A stretch of 64,000 nt of DNA, taken from the NCBI RefSeq assembly GCF_004010195.1, contig NC_057749.1, positions 23,418,999 through 23,482,998 of the forward strand, in the 5' to 3' direction. A program made the translations under genes and the position numbers. The notes under the pieces were generated by a model that was not told the DNA's origin, did not search any database, and saw only the letters and a program-made list of their open reading frames with translations. Within the stretch, counting starts at the first letter, position 1, and each line of letters opens with the position of its first letter. Positions 10,732 through 23,497 of the stretch are shown here, one piece after another. The stretch comes from Chiloscyllium plagiosum (lineage: Eukaryota).

Positions 10732-12402
10732 CTGCATGTTTAAAAAAAAGAAAGAAAAAAGTAAGAATCTTGCCACATTGAAAGGCTGAAGTGCAAATGC
10801 ATTTTCATTTCATAGTTTTATTTTGCGATAAAAGTAAAAGTGAAAACCTGCAATAAAAAGATGACTGGAAAATCGCAGAAGATTTACAACATGTGGGAAA
10901 AGGAGGACCAATTTAATTTTTGGGACATGGAATCAGCAGCAACAGTAGACATTACATGCAAAGAATATGTATCTGCAACATTTCTCAAACCAAAATTGTA
11001 TTTGGAGGTTGTAACGATAGTGAGGGGATGCAAATGCAACAGATTTTACATCTGGTTCAATGATACAGGAAAGTAAGGGGCAAAAATACATCAGGACTAA
11101 GTGATGAAAAGCTAAACAAGGGTGTTGAGGATGGAATGGGCCTCACCAAAAAATTCCAATTCTTCTGATTACAGTTGCTATTCCATTAATGCTAAAGTCA
11201 CTTTTTGAGAGCATCCATGAGATGATCAACAACATTGGAGGTTCCAAAGCTCAAATGATTTGGATACCACTTGCAGTGACAACTTGGGCAGGCATAAAAG
11301 GGCTCAATACTTTGTTACAGAGTGGAGGTCGGGTGTAAAGTCTACACAGACCTTGAATTATCTAAATTATTCAGCCAATAATTACCAGGGATATCCAACT
11401 GTGTTTCAAAGATATTAATGTGGTGTTGATATTCAAGTAAACTGACATGAAACAAAAACCCTTCACCTTTACATTAGTAACTGGAAATAATGGATGAGAT
11501 TGTTAAAACAAATCATGAGTACCACCTGTATGGAAATAAACTAGGAAGTGACATTTCACATGATAATATAAAAGGGCAGATTCTGTTTGACTTCTGTTGA
11601 GGAGATGGCATTGTAAGTTGGACCCCTATAGTATGGCTAACCAGGTGTGGCTTTCAATAAACCTTTGCATGAATAACTGTGGTGCAAGCACAGGATACTG
11701 GGCACCTTTGGTAAAGTGTGAAGGTGTACAGACAAGGAGCTGGCAAAGGGGAAGCAGTGGGTACCAGTGAGGAAAGTGGCACAGGGCTACAAGCTTGTCA
11801 GGAGCAAAATAACCCAAGCCAGCTTAACTGTTTCACTTGCCACAGATCATCTGATTTGGAAATGCAAACTGGTCACATTAGCAGATAAATACCAAACCGA
11901 GAGTTGGTTAATTGTGCTGGTAAAGCAGCCAAGAAATTACTCAAGGAGATGAACAATTTCTGAGCAAGCTACAGCAATAAAACCATGGCAGGTTACACCC
12001 ATACAGATAAATGTGGGTGGTACATAAAGAGGAAAAGTGGCACATGTCCTTATAGTAAATTTGATCCAACACTGAAAATGCCAGCTCAATGCTAACTGGA
12101 AGCAAAAGCAAACAGAATAGATATTGGCAAAGCACACAGAAGCAAGTCTTTCAAGGCTGCACCATCATCCAATCACATCGCGGGTGAAATGTATTTCAAC
12201 CCGATTTACCCAACTCTGGCTTTGTGTGACACAAGTAAAGCTATTAATCTGTCTTCAAATTTTCAATTGTCCCCCAGACTCAATTGACTATTCTGAAGTA
12301 AGAGAATGCTAGATATTCTTCCCTCTCCCCCACCAGAGAAAATAGTTCCTCTATATCTACCCAAACAAATTCCACCACTATTTTAAAAAATTACCATTTA
12401 AC

Positions 12403-12616
12403 TACAAGTCGTTCTTCTATAATTTGCGTTTTATAGTCTGAATTAGCTATGACACAATTGATGATGGTGGATGGTTTTGGAGAGCGCAAACGTTCTGAAG
12501 GGTTATAGCGGTTTCTCCATACCACGAGCTTCTACAGCATGATTTCCATAGCAGTTTCCCATAGTACGAGGGTACAGAGGAACGCAACTGTCATGTTATA
12601 GCAGAATGATCTGTAT
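12403..12616. mobile_element. Tc1/mariner (MER6-like) MITE copy 1
   Basis: Imperfect TIRs tacaagtcgttcttctataa / ttatagcagaatgatctgta, TA-flanked. Confidence 0.65.
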
Positions 12617-12854
12617 CTAAATTTAGATGAAAGCTCTGTTTATATATCCTGTGACATTTCAGAGAAATATCTAAGTTACATGTCAGGGAAACCAATTATA
12701 TTTAAAGAATATCAAAACACCCTGAAAACACAAGAACTCCAACAAGATCAGTTTTCCATGGGGATTTGCTACAATGATAATTAATCAACAATTAAGTACA
12801 TCCTCAACTATGAGACATTCACAAGTTCCAATAATTGCAGCATGGCTGAATTAG

Positions 12855-12955
12855 AGTCAGAGAGAAGTACAGCGCAGAAACAGACCCTTTGGTCCAACTC
12901 GTCCACGCCAACCAGATATTCCAACCTAATGTAGTTCCATTTGCCAGCATTTAGC
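12855..12955 (-). mobile_element. CR1 3' tail fragment
   Basis: Matches the tail at 34390-34500. Confidence 0.75.
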
Positions 12956-13418
12956 TCCTTTAGTTGACAAGTTCAGGAGAATCAGGTGACATTAACATGT
13001 GATGGAAAGATGAACACATTATTGTCATAGACTGTGCAACAGAACCACAGAAAGGGACTTCGCAATTAAAGAGGAAGAACAGTGAATGCACATTCAAGCA
13101 ATATTTAAGCCATACTGGAAAAATAAACTACAACAGGATGATAAGCAACATACAGAGCAAAACAGGGCTAGCCCAGTAAAGGTATAAAGAAACACACACT
13201 CGGCCAGAGGCGATATGCACAGTCCAACCACAGGGACTGCAAACAAACAGTTAAGTGAGGGGAGATATAAACAAACAGCTCAGTGAACTGCAATATAACA
13301 AATGCAGGTCAGCCAGTGGCAATATTGCTTGACTTTGGAAGTGGTTTAAGTGAACCAGCTTGAACTTGTGTGCCCTTCATAAGGCTGGGAGCAAACATTG
13401 CAGCTGTTTGTAATTTGT

Positions 13419-13662
13419 ATAAAGTAGGGGTCGTTCTGCTATAACGCGACAGTTGTGCTCTTCGGCAACCTCATGCAATAGAAAACTACACAATGCAAAC
13501 CCGCTATAGAAATTGCATTGTAGAGACTGCGCTGTGGAAAAACTGCTATACCTATTCAGCAGGAAGCTCATATTATGCAAACAACATCCTCAATTCATCA
13601 AGTGCATTATACCCAATTCGCGTTGATGAAACTGTACGTGCGTTATAGAAGAACTATCTGCA
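13419..13662. mobile_element. Tc1/mariner (MER6-like) MITE copy 2, opposite orientation to copy 1
   Basis: TIRs gtcgttctgctataacgcg / gcgttatagaagaactatctg. Confidence 0.65.
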
Positions 13663-13835
13663 GTGAGCATGATGCTATCTCCAGCAGCTGGGTCACTCCC
13701 TGCACAATTATGTTGCTTGCAGCACAACTTATGACACCAAAGCTCTTTGACTTGGAGTCTCACAAAATAATAGAGGATTTAGGACCCTGTTTGCCCCGTA
13801 CTTTTCAATTTCCAAACAAATGCGACAGATGTTAC

Positions 13836-13950
13836 CTCAAATAAATGGCATCCCTCGGATTCTGTGCGATCATAAGGCCTAATGATTCCATCCTCACGAA
13901 TACACCGTGGTGGGCGGAGTTTATTTACATCTTCGGTCGATTCTGCAACC
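13836..13950 (-). CDS. VPS13C: VPS13C exon (K)VAESTEDVNKLRPPRCIREDGIIRPYDRTESEGCHLFE
   Basis: 115 nt, tag/gtaac, phase 2-0; RPPR..EDGIIRPY motif. Confidence 0.96.
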
Positions 13951-14039
13951 CTAGTGGAATCAGATATTGTAATAAATGACTGATAATTAAAGAAGGAGAA
14001 AATTATCGATTTTTTAAACCCATGATTTCACTAATGGTG

Positions 14040-14450
14040 CAATCCACTACAAGCCCACTCATCATCGGCAACCTCCAAAAGGATTTCTCTCACTAAACGG
14101 CTAGAAAACTGCAGCAAGTGTGTAGCCTGTGTAAGACGTACTACAGTAATTCACCATGTTTGTTTCTAAAAACAGCATTCCCCAAGCCGATAATCTGCAA
14201 TAACTAGAATGGCAAGAGCAGTATGTGCACAGGAATACTGTCATTTATATTTGAAATAGTATCCTGACTTGGAAACAGATCATCATTCCATTGCCATTGC
14301 TGGGTCAAATTCCTACAACTCCCTCCCTAACAGCACTGTCAGAGCCCCTTCACAGAGGCAGCACATCACTACCATTGTAAGGGCAATTAGCGATGGCCAA
14401 AAAATGCTGGTCTTGCCAGCAATGCTCACGTCCTAAGAATGAGTTAAAAT
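14040..14450 (+). mobile_element. CR1/L2-group LINE 3' end (second family)
   Basis: gggtcaaattcctacaactccctccctaacagc...aagggcaattagcgatggcc tail. Confidence 0.75.
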
Positions 14451-14773
14451 AAAACTGCTGAAAACAAATAAAAACCGAGGCAAGGTCTGCGCATTTTAAT
14501 TGGTGCTTTATTCCGAGTTTAAGACATTCGTCATTTTAACTTACTTTGTGCTCCTTGTGACTGCTGTTAGTGCATTGTGGACAATAATGTCTGAATGTAA
14601 CAATCAGGATTAGTTAAATATTTTTAAAATCACAGTTATGCTAGAAATCCAGTTTTTATTAAAGCATAAGCTAATGAATAGATTTTTACTCCAAGTTAGA
14701 AATAGCTTCTAGCGTCCCAGTTGGTAAGGGCACTATTTACAAATTTGAGACTTCTCAACAGGCAAGAGCCATT

Positions 14774-15100
14774 TTGGGTGGCACAGTGGCTAGCACTGCT
14801 GCCTCACAACACCAGGGACCTGCGTTCAACTCCAGCTTGGGCAACTGTCTGTGTGGAGTTTGCTCATTCTCCCGGGGTCTGTGTGGGTTTCCTCCAAGTG
14901 TTCCACTTTCATCCCACAGTCCAAAGATGTCCAGGTTAGGTGGATTAACCCTTAACGTGTTCAGGGATGTACAGGTTTAGTGGATTCACCATGAGGAATG
15001 CAGGGTCACAGGGATAGGGTTGGGAGAGTGGGATGCTCTTTGGACAGTCAGTGTGGACTCAACAGGCCAAATGGTCTGCTTCCACACTGCAGGGATTCTA
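14774..15100 (+). mobile_element. HE1-type V-SINE
   Basis: tRNA-like A and B boxes, V-domain ctgtgtggagtttgc..ttctccc..gggtttcctcc, CR1-like tail. Confidence 0.85.
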
Positions 15101-15148
15101 TGCTTAGTAGAAGATTCAGATAAATTCAGTTGGTTCAGTACATCTTAC

Positions 15149-15272
15149 TTTTTAATTCCTTGTAAAGTGCTGCTTGCCATGTCAACGATCCCACCAGTTG
15201 GCCGTGCAACGACACCAACCAGGCCTTTGCCCACTCCTTTGAAGAAACCAGCTGCGCCTTCTTTTTTGGCAC
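15149..15272 (-). CDS. VPS13C: VPS13C exon (G)AKKEGAAGFFKGVGKGLVGVVARPTGGIVDMASSTLQGIK
   Basis: 124 nt, cag/gtaag, phase 1-2. Confidence 0.96.
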
Positions 15273-15480
15273 CTGTTGTAGGAAGTGCTACTTCATTACT
15301 TGGAAATGGTAATTCAATGAGTGGAACATATTCAGAACAGATACTGACACCAGCTGCTTACATAAATTAGACATTACACACTGGGGTTTGGCTTTCCTGT
15401 CAGATTCTCTCACATGGACACACAGCACAACTCAAAACAAAAGAATTAAAAAGAACTGGGCAGAATTACATAACATAGGC

Positions 15481-15652
15481 AAAAGTGAGGACCGCAGATA
15501 CTGGAAATCAGTGTCTAGATGAGAGTGGTGCTGGAAAAGCACAGCATCGGGTTCATTCCTGATGAAGGGCTGCTGCCCGAAACGTTGATTTTCCTGCTCC
15601 TCAGATGCTGCTTGACCTGCTGTGCTTTTCCAGCACCACTCTAATCTGGACC
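15481..15652. mobile_element. Penelope-type short insert, family A, partial palindrome with hammerhead core
   Basis: CTGATGA-AGGGC-TGCT-GCCC-GAAACGTT from 15559; 13-bp TSD cagaattacataa at 15461-15473 and 15653-15665. Confidence 0.8.
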
Positions 15653-16392
15653 CAGAATTACATAATATGTCCATATCTGCATCAAGAACCATGACAACAA
15701 CAATTACAGTCAAGATTTTTTCCAAACAAAGAAGAAAACTAAGCAAAAGAATCACGGAGCACTTAGACCATTCTTGTTTAAACATCTGTCTCAAAATGTT
15801 GACTGAAATGTGCACATCAGCCCCTGGCCTACTCTCCAGAGCAGGGATGCCCCTTTAAGCCTTCAAGCTACAAGCTTTGTGGGTTTTGTTCAAAACAAAA
15901 TCCTCTTAAAAAAAAAAGTGATAAAATTCCACAATCCCACGAACCACACAGAGGTTAACATATTCAATTGATAACTAGTAGCCTGAATTACCAAGGAATG
16001 GAGGCGCAGAAAGTAATGCTCAAAACACAAACAATTCTCCAATAAAAACAGAATTGGACTGTCACTTTAATCGTCTTTACAGGGCTTCCATTTTTCGGTG
16101 ATCTTCATTAAAAGGATTTAGAAATAAAAGATACTTAAGTTTTAAAACAAAGTGATTTTACACATTTTGAAATGCTGAAAAGGTTATTTATTCCTTCAAC
16201 AAGTTAAACAGCCATAAAGCTAAAATTGGAAAGGAATAATACCAGAATAGCTGAAAGCATCACAGAAGCTGAAGACAAATAGCTGAACACATTATATGAG
16301 AAATGTTTCTTTGATAGACATTCAATTGCCTGTTTATTACAATACTGTTTCAAGACATTTATATAATTCTACAAAGTTTTTATGCAATTTAC

Positions 16393-16438
16393 CTTCAACT
16401 GGTTTTGTGACTATTCCTGTAAATCCTCCAACCACACC
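16393..16438 (-). CDS. VPS13C: VPS13C exon GVVGGFTGIVTKPVE
   Basis: 46 nt, tag/gtaaat, phase 0-1. Confidence 0.94.
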
Positions 16439-17209
16439 CTAAAAAGATACATGATAAAAACTTGTAATTGTTTTTCATTGTGGAATCTATTACTTAATTG
16501 AAATCATCAGACTGCAACATAATAACAGGGCCATTATGTCCGAAATGTGAAGAACGTTTTGCTGAGCCAGTACACCGAAAAGAAAATACAAAGTTTCATA
16601 CGTGAAATTGCAAACATATTTGTTTTTAAGATTCCCGATGGCTTGGGAAATCTGCTTGAACACTCCACATGCACAGACAGAGGTGAAAATCAGATGTTAG
16701 AGAGTCTATAAAGAGGATGCTTTCACCCATGCTGCTAATCCAAACCAACAGCTGCAAGATGTTGGAAGCAGGTTACAAGTTCACAAGCTATAGAACTAAC
16801 TTGGGTGAAGCAGAGCAAAAATTACTGTACTCATCGCACAAGATAATGGAAATTGGTGTTGTTCCAAAAGGTGTCTAGAATTTGGCACAATAGAACAAGT
16901 GGTACTGAGAATAAAACCAAGATCCAATTTGAAGTTACAGTTTCAAATGCATTATTTTGGGCTTTGAAACAACACTTAATGAATTTAAATATAAAAGACT
17001 TCAGAAAAACATACTACCAACGTTAAGAGTATGGCCAACTACATTCTCAGGTCACATTCACATCTATTTTGATGTAAGTTCCTGCAGATCACAACATCTC
17101 GCCAGGTTAAGGTTTACTTAATTTTGACAATTCAGGTTATGGAACGTAATATAAATATTCAAAATTACAAAAGGATGGCTCAGAATAGGCCATGTTGATA
17201 AAATGTCAA

Positions 17210-17730
17210 TCATTCATAGAGTCATACAATATAAAGGCCGTTTGGCCCCTCAAGTCTGTGCTGATCTTTCTGCCCTAATCCCATGACCAATAGCACGGAA
17301 TGTCGTGACATCGCATGACATCATGTACTTAAGGGTTGTGAAGCACTCTGAAAGATTTAACTTTTAGAGCTTGGACTATAACCTGGTGTGCGATTTTTAA
17401 CTTCGTCCACTCCAGTCCAAAACCGGCATCTCTACATCATCACTGTCCTTCCAGGCAGTGCATTCCAGACCGTCACAACATCTGGGTTAAAAACGCTTTC
17501 CCCAAATCCCCACTATACCTCCTGCCCTTTCCTAAAATTATGCCCCCTCATTATTCACTTCTCAATTTAGGGGAAAGCGACTTCATATCTGCTCTATCCA
17601 TTTCCCGCAATCTGAGGGACCTCGATTACGTAACCCTTCAGTCTTCTCTGTTCTGTAGTGATAGCTGTTTCTCTCTCCACTGATAATGACTAACCTGTTG
17701 AGTATTTCCTGCATCCACAGCATTTTGGTT
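17210..17730. mobile_element. Minus-strand CR1 fragment with family C (about 17370-17435) and family B (about 17660-17730) Penelope-type pieces
   Basis: ttggactataacctggtg...ccagtccaaaaccggcatctc matches 3200-3265. Confidence 0.6.
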
Positions 17731-18484
17731 CAGATAGAATCAGACTGTTTCTACTGGGAGAGAGTCTAGGAGGAGTCGTAAATACAAAAACCTCATGTGA
17801 GAGACACTGTGGAATTCCAAAAAGGATTAGACAGTGAGACAGAAACTGTGCCGCATCCAAATTTACACCAGTTAGATGAAAGCGTATTGGGAGAATTTAA
17901 TTACGTAGAGATCAAAGTCCGACATGAACTACTCAGGGAGCAGACAACACGATGAAGGGTGACACAGCAGTGTTAGAAACACGTTCAAAAAGAATACTTA
18001 TCCAGGCTATACCTTAGAGAATGGCGCTGAAGCTACAGGGCTGTGTTTCAGTACCACAGTAAATCACGAAAAAATATATACATTTAAAAGGGATAAATCT
18101 ACTGAAAAAACTGCCAAGGTGGTTAATTTCTTTTCAGTTGCATCTGGTACAAAAGTTGCTTTCTCAGTACAGTCTCAGACATTCTTGCTCTACATTTGGT
18201 TAGATGCTCTGTAGTTTACAACTTGTCCAGAAGGTGGAAGTAGTAGACAGTGTCATTCATAAATGTCCTACCATTTCACTCGCAAGGCAACAAAGTATTA
18301 CAAAAAGAAAGTGATGGTTTGTTTCAAAGATGTGATATCAGGTCACAAGCAAGGTAGTACAACACTGTAGTCTACTTTAAATTTCTGAACACTTGATTAC
18401 AGTAGGACTTTGCACGTTCAGTTATTTTGTAAATCTTTATGAAGCAGATTTGTACAAACATTTTTGATGGGTTTAAATTCATTC

Positions 18485-18840
18485 ATGCAAAATGGGTGTT
18501 ACTGGCCAGGCCAGCAGTTATTGCCTATCCCTATTTGCCCAGAGAACAGTTATGGCTCAACCAGATTGCTGTAGGCATGGAGTCACATAAAAGCCAGGCC
18601 AACTAAGGACAACAGATTTACCTCCAAATGGGGATTAGTGAATCAGATGGATCTTTACAACAATTGATAGTAGTTACATGGTCACCATTAAGAGAGCTCT
18701 TTATTACAGATTTTTGTTTTATTAAACTCAAATTTCATCATCTGTTGTGGGGTAATTTGAAACCATTTCTCCAGAATATTGGCCTGAGGTTCTGGATTGC
18801 TAGTCTAATTATATTACCGCTACACCATCGCCTCCCCATA
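18485..18840 (-). mobile_element. tRNA-derived SINE sharing its tail with the second LINE family
   Basis: Same family at about 670-800, 30790-31050, 43215-43390 (+), 47640-47860 and 54395-54725. Confidence 0.7.
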
Positions 18841-18914
18841 AAGATTATACAGTAAGGAATAAAAAAAACTTTTTCAAGGTTTAAGACATAAGAGTTAGTA
18901 AAACGAGTATAGGT

Positions 18915-19130
18915 AAAGTTACTGTGGCCCAGAGGAGCCCAGTTTGCTCTCTGATTAGAGAGAGATGACTGCTGATGCTTTAACCAAAAGATCACAACGC
19001 CACAGGTGAGGGGAGAGGTTGAGAGGGACAGACCTATGTGGTAATCTCAGCTGGTGCAGGAATGGAACCTGCACTGCTGGCATCACTCTGCATCACAAAC
19101 CAGACATTCAGCCAACTGGGCTAACCAACA
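18915..19130 (-). mobile_element. tRNA-headed SINE, third family
   Basis: Minus strand ggttagcccagttggctg...ggttccattcctgcacc (A and B boxes); related copy at about 28240-28390. Confidence 0.6.
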
Positions 19131-19949
19131 CTATTAGTTCACTAGAGAGTGAAAATATGGATGAAATAAAGAGATATTTTGCTTCCATCTTCCAGGTACC
19201 TAGGCACATTTCACAAATACCAACTCCTAACAGGCTTTGGCAAGAAGGAAATGGGCCAAGTGCAGGGAAATGGGATTAGTGTTAATGGCAACTTTGGTCG
19301 GCATGGACCAGTTTGGATCAAAAGGCCTGTCTCCATGCTGTAGGACTCGATAACTCTAGTAAAAAAGATTGGTCAAAGGTTGCATTAATGAAGGCTCCAT
19401 GAAAAAGAGAAACAGGACGAAGAGGAATGTTGCTTGATAAGAAATTCAAGCTAGCAGCTGAAACACACCTACAAGTATTGAGATGAAGGGAGAAGATTGG
19501 ATAGAAGTCTTAATGTACAAGTATGATTTGATGATAGCATATTTCAGCTTCTAAAAGGCATTCAATAGGGTGGCACACAAAGGTGAAAACAGCAGAGCTG
19601 AGAGGTGGAGATCATATATTAGCATGGTTGCAACATTGCTCAACAGCTGGCAAGCAGAAAATGCAGAAAAACAGGGTAATTTCAAGTTGGTAGGATGCAA
19701 CTGGTTGAGTGCAGCAAGGATCATTGCGGAGGCTTCAGCTATTCATGATCTTTACTAATAACTCAAACACAGAGAACAAGAGTAAGCATTTTCACAATAC
19801 AAAATTACAGCTAGGAGAAGGTTATATACAGGTTCTAAGGTGATATAAATTGGTTAAGTAAGTGAACACATAGGTGGGTTGGAACATAAATACAAGGAAG
19901 GAGAAATTATTCACCTCCACAGAGTGCCATGTACTCTTTTTAGTCACTC

Positions 19950-21155
19950 ACGGGAAGTGGAGTCGCCAGCTGGACAGTATTTATTGCCCATCCCTAGTTT
20001 CCCTTGAGAATTATAGAATCCCTCCAGTGTGCAAGCAGTCCATCTGGCCCATTGAATACCCCCCTGCCCTATTCCTGTCACCCTGCATATCTCATGGCTA
20101 ACCCACCTAGCCTGCACATCCCAGAATGCTATGGGCAATCTAGCTTGGCCATTGCACCCAACCTGTACATCTTTAGACTTGATCTTTCAGAATGTGGTCA
20201 TGAGCTACCTTCTTGGGCCACTGCAGTCCACATGCTGTAGGTTGACCCACAATGTCCTTAGAGAGGGAATTCTAGGATTTTGACCCAGCAATAGTGAAGC
20301 AAGTGCACTATATTTCCAAGTCAGCATGGTGAGTGATTGAGCGGGTTGAAGTGGTGGTATTCCCATGTATCTGCAGTTGTTGTCCTTCTAAATGGAAGTG
20401 GTCATGGGTTTGGAAGGTGCTGCCTAAGGATCTTTGGTGAATTTCTTCAATACATCTTGTAAATAGTACATACTGTTGCTATTGAACTTCAGTAATGGAG
20501 GGAATGAATGTTTGTGGATATGGTGCCAATCAAGTGGACTGTTTTGCCCTAGATGATGTCAAGTTTCTTGAGTGTTGTTGGATATGCAACCATCCAGGAA
20601 ACTGGGGAGTCCGGGGATGAATTATTCACCAGAGTATTCTTAGCCTCTGACTTGCTCTTGTAGCCACTTTGATTATGTGGCAAGTCCAGTTGAGTTTCTA
20701 GTCAATGGTAACCCCAAGGATGTTGACACTCGAGGATTCAGTGATGGTAACATGATTGAATGCCAAGGAGCAGTGGTTAGTTTGTATCTTATTGGAGATG
20801 GTCAATGTCTGCATTTGTGTGGTGTGAATGTTACTTGCCAATTGTCAGCCCACGCCTGGCTATTGTCCAGATTGCATTGCATTTGAACATGAACTGCTTC
20901 ATTATCTGAGGTGACTCAAATGGTGCTGAACATTCTGGAATCATTAGCAAGTATCCTCACTTCTGACCTTATAGTGGAGGGGAAGTCATTGAGGAAGCAG
21001 CTGAAGTTAGATGTGCCTAGGTCACTATCCTGAGGAGCTCCTACAGAGATGTCCTGAAGCTGAAATGACTGACCTGCAATAACCACAATCTTCCTATGTG
21101 CCAAGTATGACTCCAACCAGCAGAGAGTTTGCCCCAAAGACCCATTGATGCCAGT
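19950..21155 (-). mobile_element. CR1/L2-group LINE RT and tail, interrupted by an HE1 fragment (about 20010-20175)
   Basis: Track ORF 20916..21191 WLESYLAHRKIVVI..GAPQDSDLG..FLNDFP..LANDS is decayed RT. Confidence 0.85.
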
Positions 21156-21226
21156 TTTGCAGAAAAGAATAACATTGCATAAATCACTCATCAGCTGTCA
21201 AGTTCTAAAATGCACGTTTTTCTTAC

Positions 21227-21390
21227 TCGTAAGAAGCCTTTCCCTCCTTTGGCCAAACTGTCTCCAAAGTCCTTGGGTTGGCGGTTCATTTCCTCTCTTC
21301 GTTTCTGCTGGTATTCTTTATCCATGGTAATTGCAGCCAGCCCTTTCCCAACAGTGCCTGTGATTCTAGATACCACACCAGCTGCACCAC
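21227..21390 (-). CDS. VPS13C: VPS13C exon (ATG2_C region) (G)GAAGVVSRITGTVGKGLAAITMDKEYQQKRREEMNRQPKDFGDSLAKGGKGFLR
   Basis: 164 nt, cag/gtaag, phase 1-0. Confidence 0.97.
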
Positions 21391-21555
21391 CTGAGAGTAG
21401 CAACAGGACATGCATGAGGCACACAACTAACTAGGCAGTGTGGAACTAAAGTCGGATTCAACACAGTACATGATCATGGAGATTAACAAACTGATTCTAC
21501 TCCTCAGCTCCAACATGTGCTAACACTGAAGGTGCATCGGAGAGTTATCACCTAC

Positions 21556-21631
21556 CTACAGTGTGTCCAAGCAAACTCCTCACTCCTATCACAAAGCCCT
21601 CTGCGAATTCCTCTGGTCCCTGAACAGCACC
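21556..21631 (-). CDS. VPS13C: VPS13C exon GAVQGPEEFAEGFVIGVRSLLGHTV
   Basis: 76 nt, tag/gtagg, phase 0-1. Confidence 0.96.
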
Positions 21632-21728
21632 CTAAAGATTCACAATCACCATTGTTAGAGGATAAAAACTGGGATCTGCTTTGAAAGTCATTTTTCATGA
21701 GTCTTCCATGCTCTTCTCAATTACTTAC

Positions 21729-21842
21729 CTGAAAGGGCTCATAGAAGAACGCCTCAACACCTTCAGACAGTCCTCTGATCAGGCCAACTGGGTTGCCCAG
21801 AACATCCAGCCCCAAAACAAGTACGTACATTTGCTTTAGAAA
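21729..21842 (-). CDS. VPS13C: VPS13C exon [38 protein letters not shown]
   Basis: 114 nt, cag/gtaag, phase 0-0; LDVLGNP hallmark of the VPS13 C-terminus. Confidence 0.97.
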
Positions 21843-22017
21843 CTGAAAAAGGATTTTGAAGGATTTGGTTAGCAATGCAATTCAGGCTTTTTATTTCTAT
21901 TAATGAGAACACTTTCACCACTTAAAAATGTAATGTCAGTCCAACCACTTGTATTGTTACATTCCCCTTCTGCAAAAGAATATGCATGAAGTGTCACATA
22001 GATCCAAACCAAACAAG

Positions 22018-22760
22018 TGTTACAATCCCAGTTGGTGTTATTACTGGACAATTTTGACCCCAGACTGAAATGTGGCTTGATAAATCATATTTTGTTTTGG
22101 TCTTGTTTAATGAGGTGGCTATTTCACTGAAACACAAGAACACAGTTCAGCTGGTTTGGTTTTTAACTATAAAACAAATGTTTATTATGAAAAATAAGAA
22201 AAATAAAATAAGCTAGGCTATTTACATTAAACAAAATTTGAAAATTTCAAAACACAAAAAAACAATCCCATTCATCTTCACACAACTGCCGTACAGTATT
22301 CTGACACCAGAGAATTCACTTCACAAACACAGCTATAGGTTTGACCTAACTGTTTCTTTCAATTCCTAGTCTTCAGAATTTGATAGCCTTTTCCTCGAGT
22401 CCCAAACTTAAACTTTAACTTCAAATAAACCTTGGAAGTTGTGACCAAATTGCTGGTTTGTGACTTTCTCATTAAAACTGTTAGACTGAGATAACCTGGT
22501 TCCTAACATCTCTAAAACCAACTCCATCCTCCAGAAGAAACTAAATCAACTCCTGACACTGAATGGAAGCTTTTAAATTTTTTACTCAGTCCAATAATAA
22601 AAAGCAACCTTTTTCTTAGTGACTGAAAATTGTAATTCCAGAAAAGTAGTAATATGGACACGGCTAGAAAATTAAACAAAGAGAACCATAAAGTTACATA
22701 CCAAAGCAAATACCTATACTTTTAGGGATACACTGACTGAAAGTCTGGCTCCAGATGCTA
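22018..22760 (-). mobile_element. Possible solo LTR
   Basis: Starts tgttaca; minus-strand AATAAA at about 22180; right end uncertain. Confidence 0.3.
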
Positions 22761-23327
22761 GTGCAGAGATAATAAGGACTAAATAATGATGTCGGCAAAA
22801 TAGAGAGAATGACTGACAGCATTAGGGTCACTCAGTAACTCTATCTTGGGAATTCTAAATCAGAAAAAAAACTCACAAATCAGTTCCCTCTGTCTGTCTC
22901 TCTCTTAAATCATCCTCTCAACTTAAAACATGCCCTCGCCTTGAAATTCCCCCATCCTCGGGGGACAGACACCTGGCATGAACCCTATCTATAGCCCTCA
23001 TGATGTTATAAACTTTATCAGTAAAGTGAGTGGGGTGAAAATAATGGAAACATCACATTGGTATTAAAAAGCATTCCTGCCTCTGGATCAGGAAGCTTGG
23101 GGTCAAGTCCCACCTGTAATAACATCCCTGAATAGTATGATTAGAAAGTATCAGGAGGCATTTGCTACTGCACCTCAATCATTTGAAGAACCCTATTCAT
23201 AATCTCTTGATCATTGACCCAGAACATGCAAAGCAACAGCAACGTCAGAACCTTTAGATATTCACACCTGGGCACCACCTTGAAAAATAAGCAACCTGCA
23301 GGATTATTTAAAAGAATAATCACTTAC

Positions 23328-23409
23328 TTGTTCACTATAATGCGAAATTACAGCCCACATTAATTGATCCCGCTTTTGGAACTGGAATTTCATTTCAAAG
23401 AATGCAAGC
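23328..23409 (-). CDS. VPS13C: VPS13C exon (K)LAFFEMKFQFQKRDQLMWAVISHYSEQ
   Basis: 82 nt, cag/gtaag, phase 2-0. Confidence 0.95.
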
Positions 23410-23497
23410 CTGCAACACAAGAAGCTTTTCAGCTTTTCTTCAAAAGTGACTAAAATATATTCTCAAAGATCCATCCCACCCTAGCAATATTTTTCTA

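Noticed and set aside
13779..13835. Intron read-through isoform ending VTSVAFVWKLKSTGQTGS*
   Set aside because: Only an open frame; no nearby supporting poly(A) signal noticed
15020..15370. 116-aa plus-strand ORF
   Set aside because: Starts in a SINE tail and is the antisense shadow of a VPS13C exon
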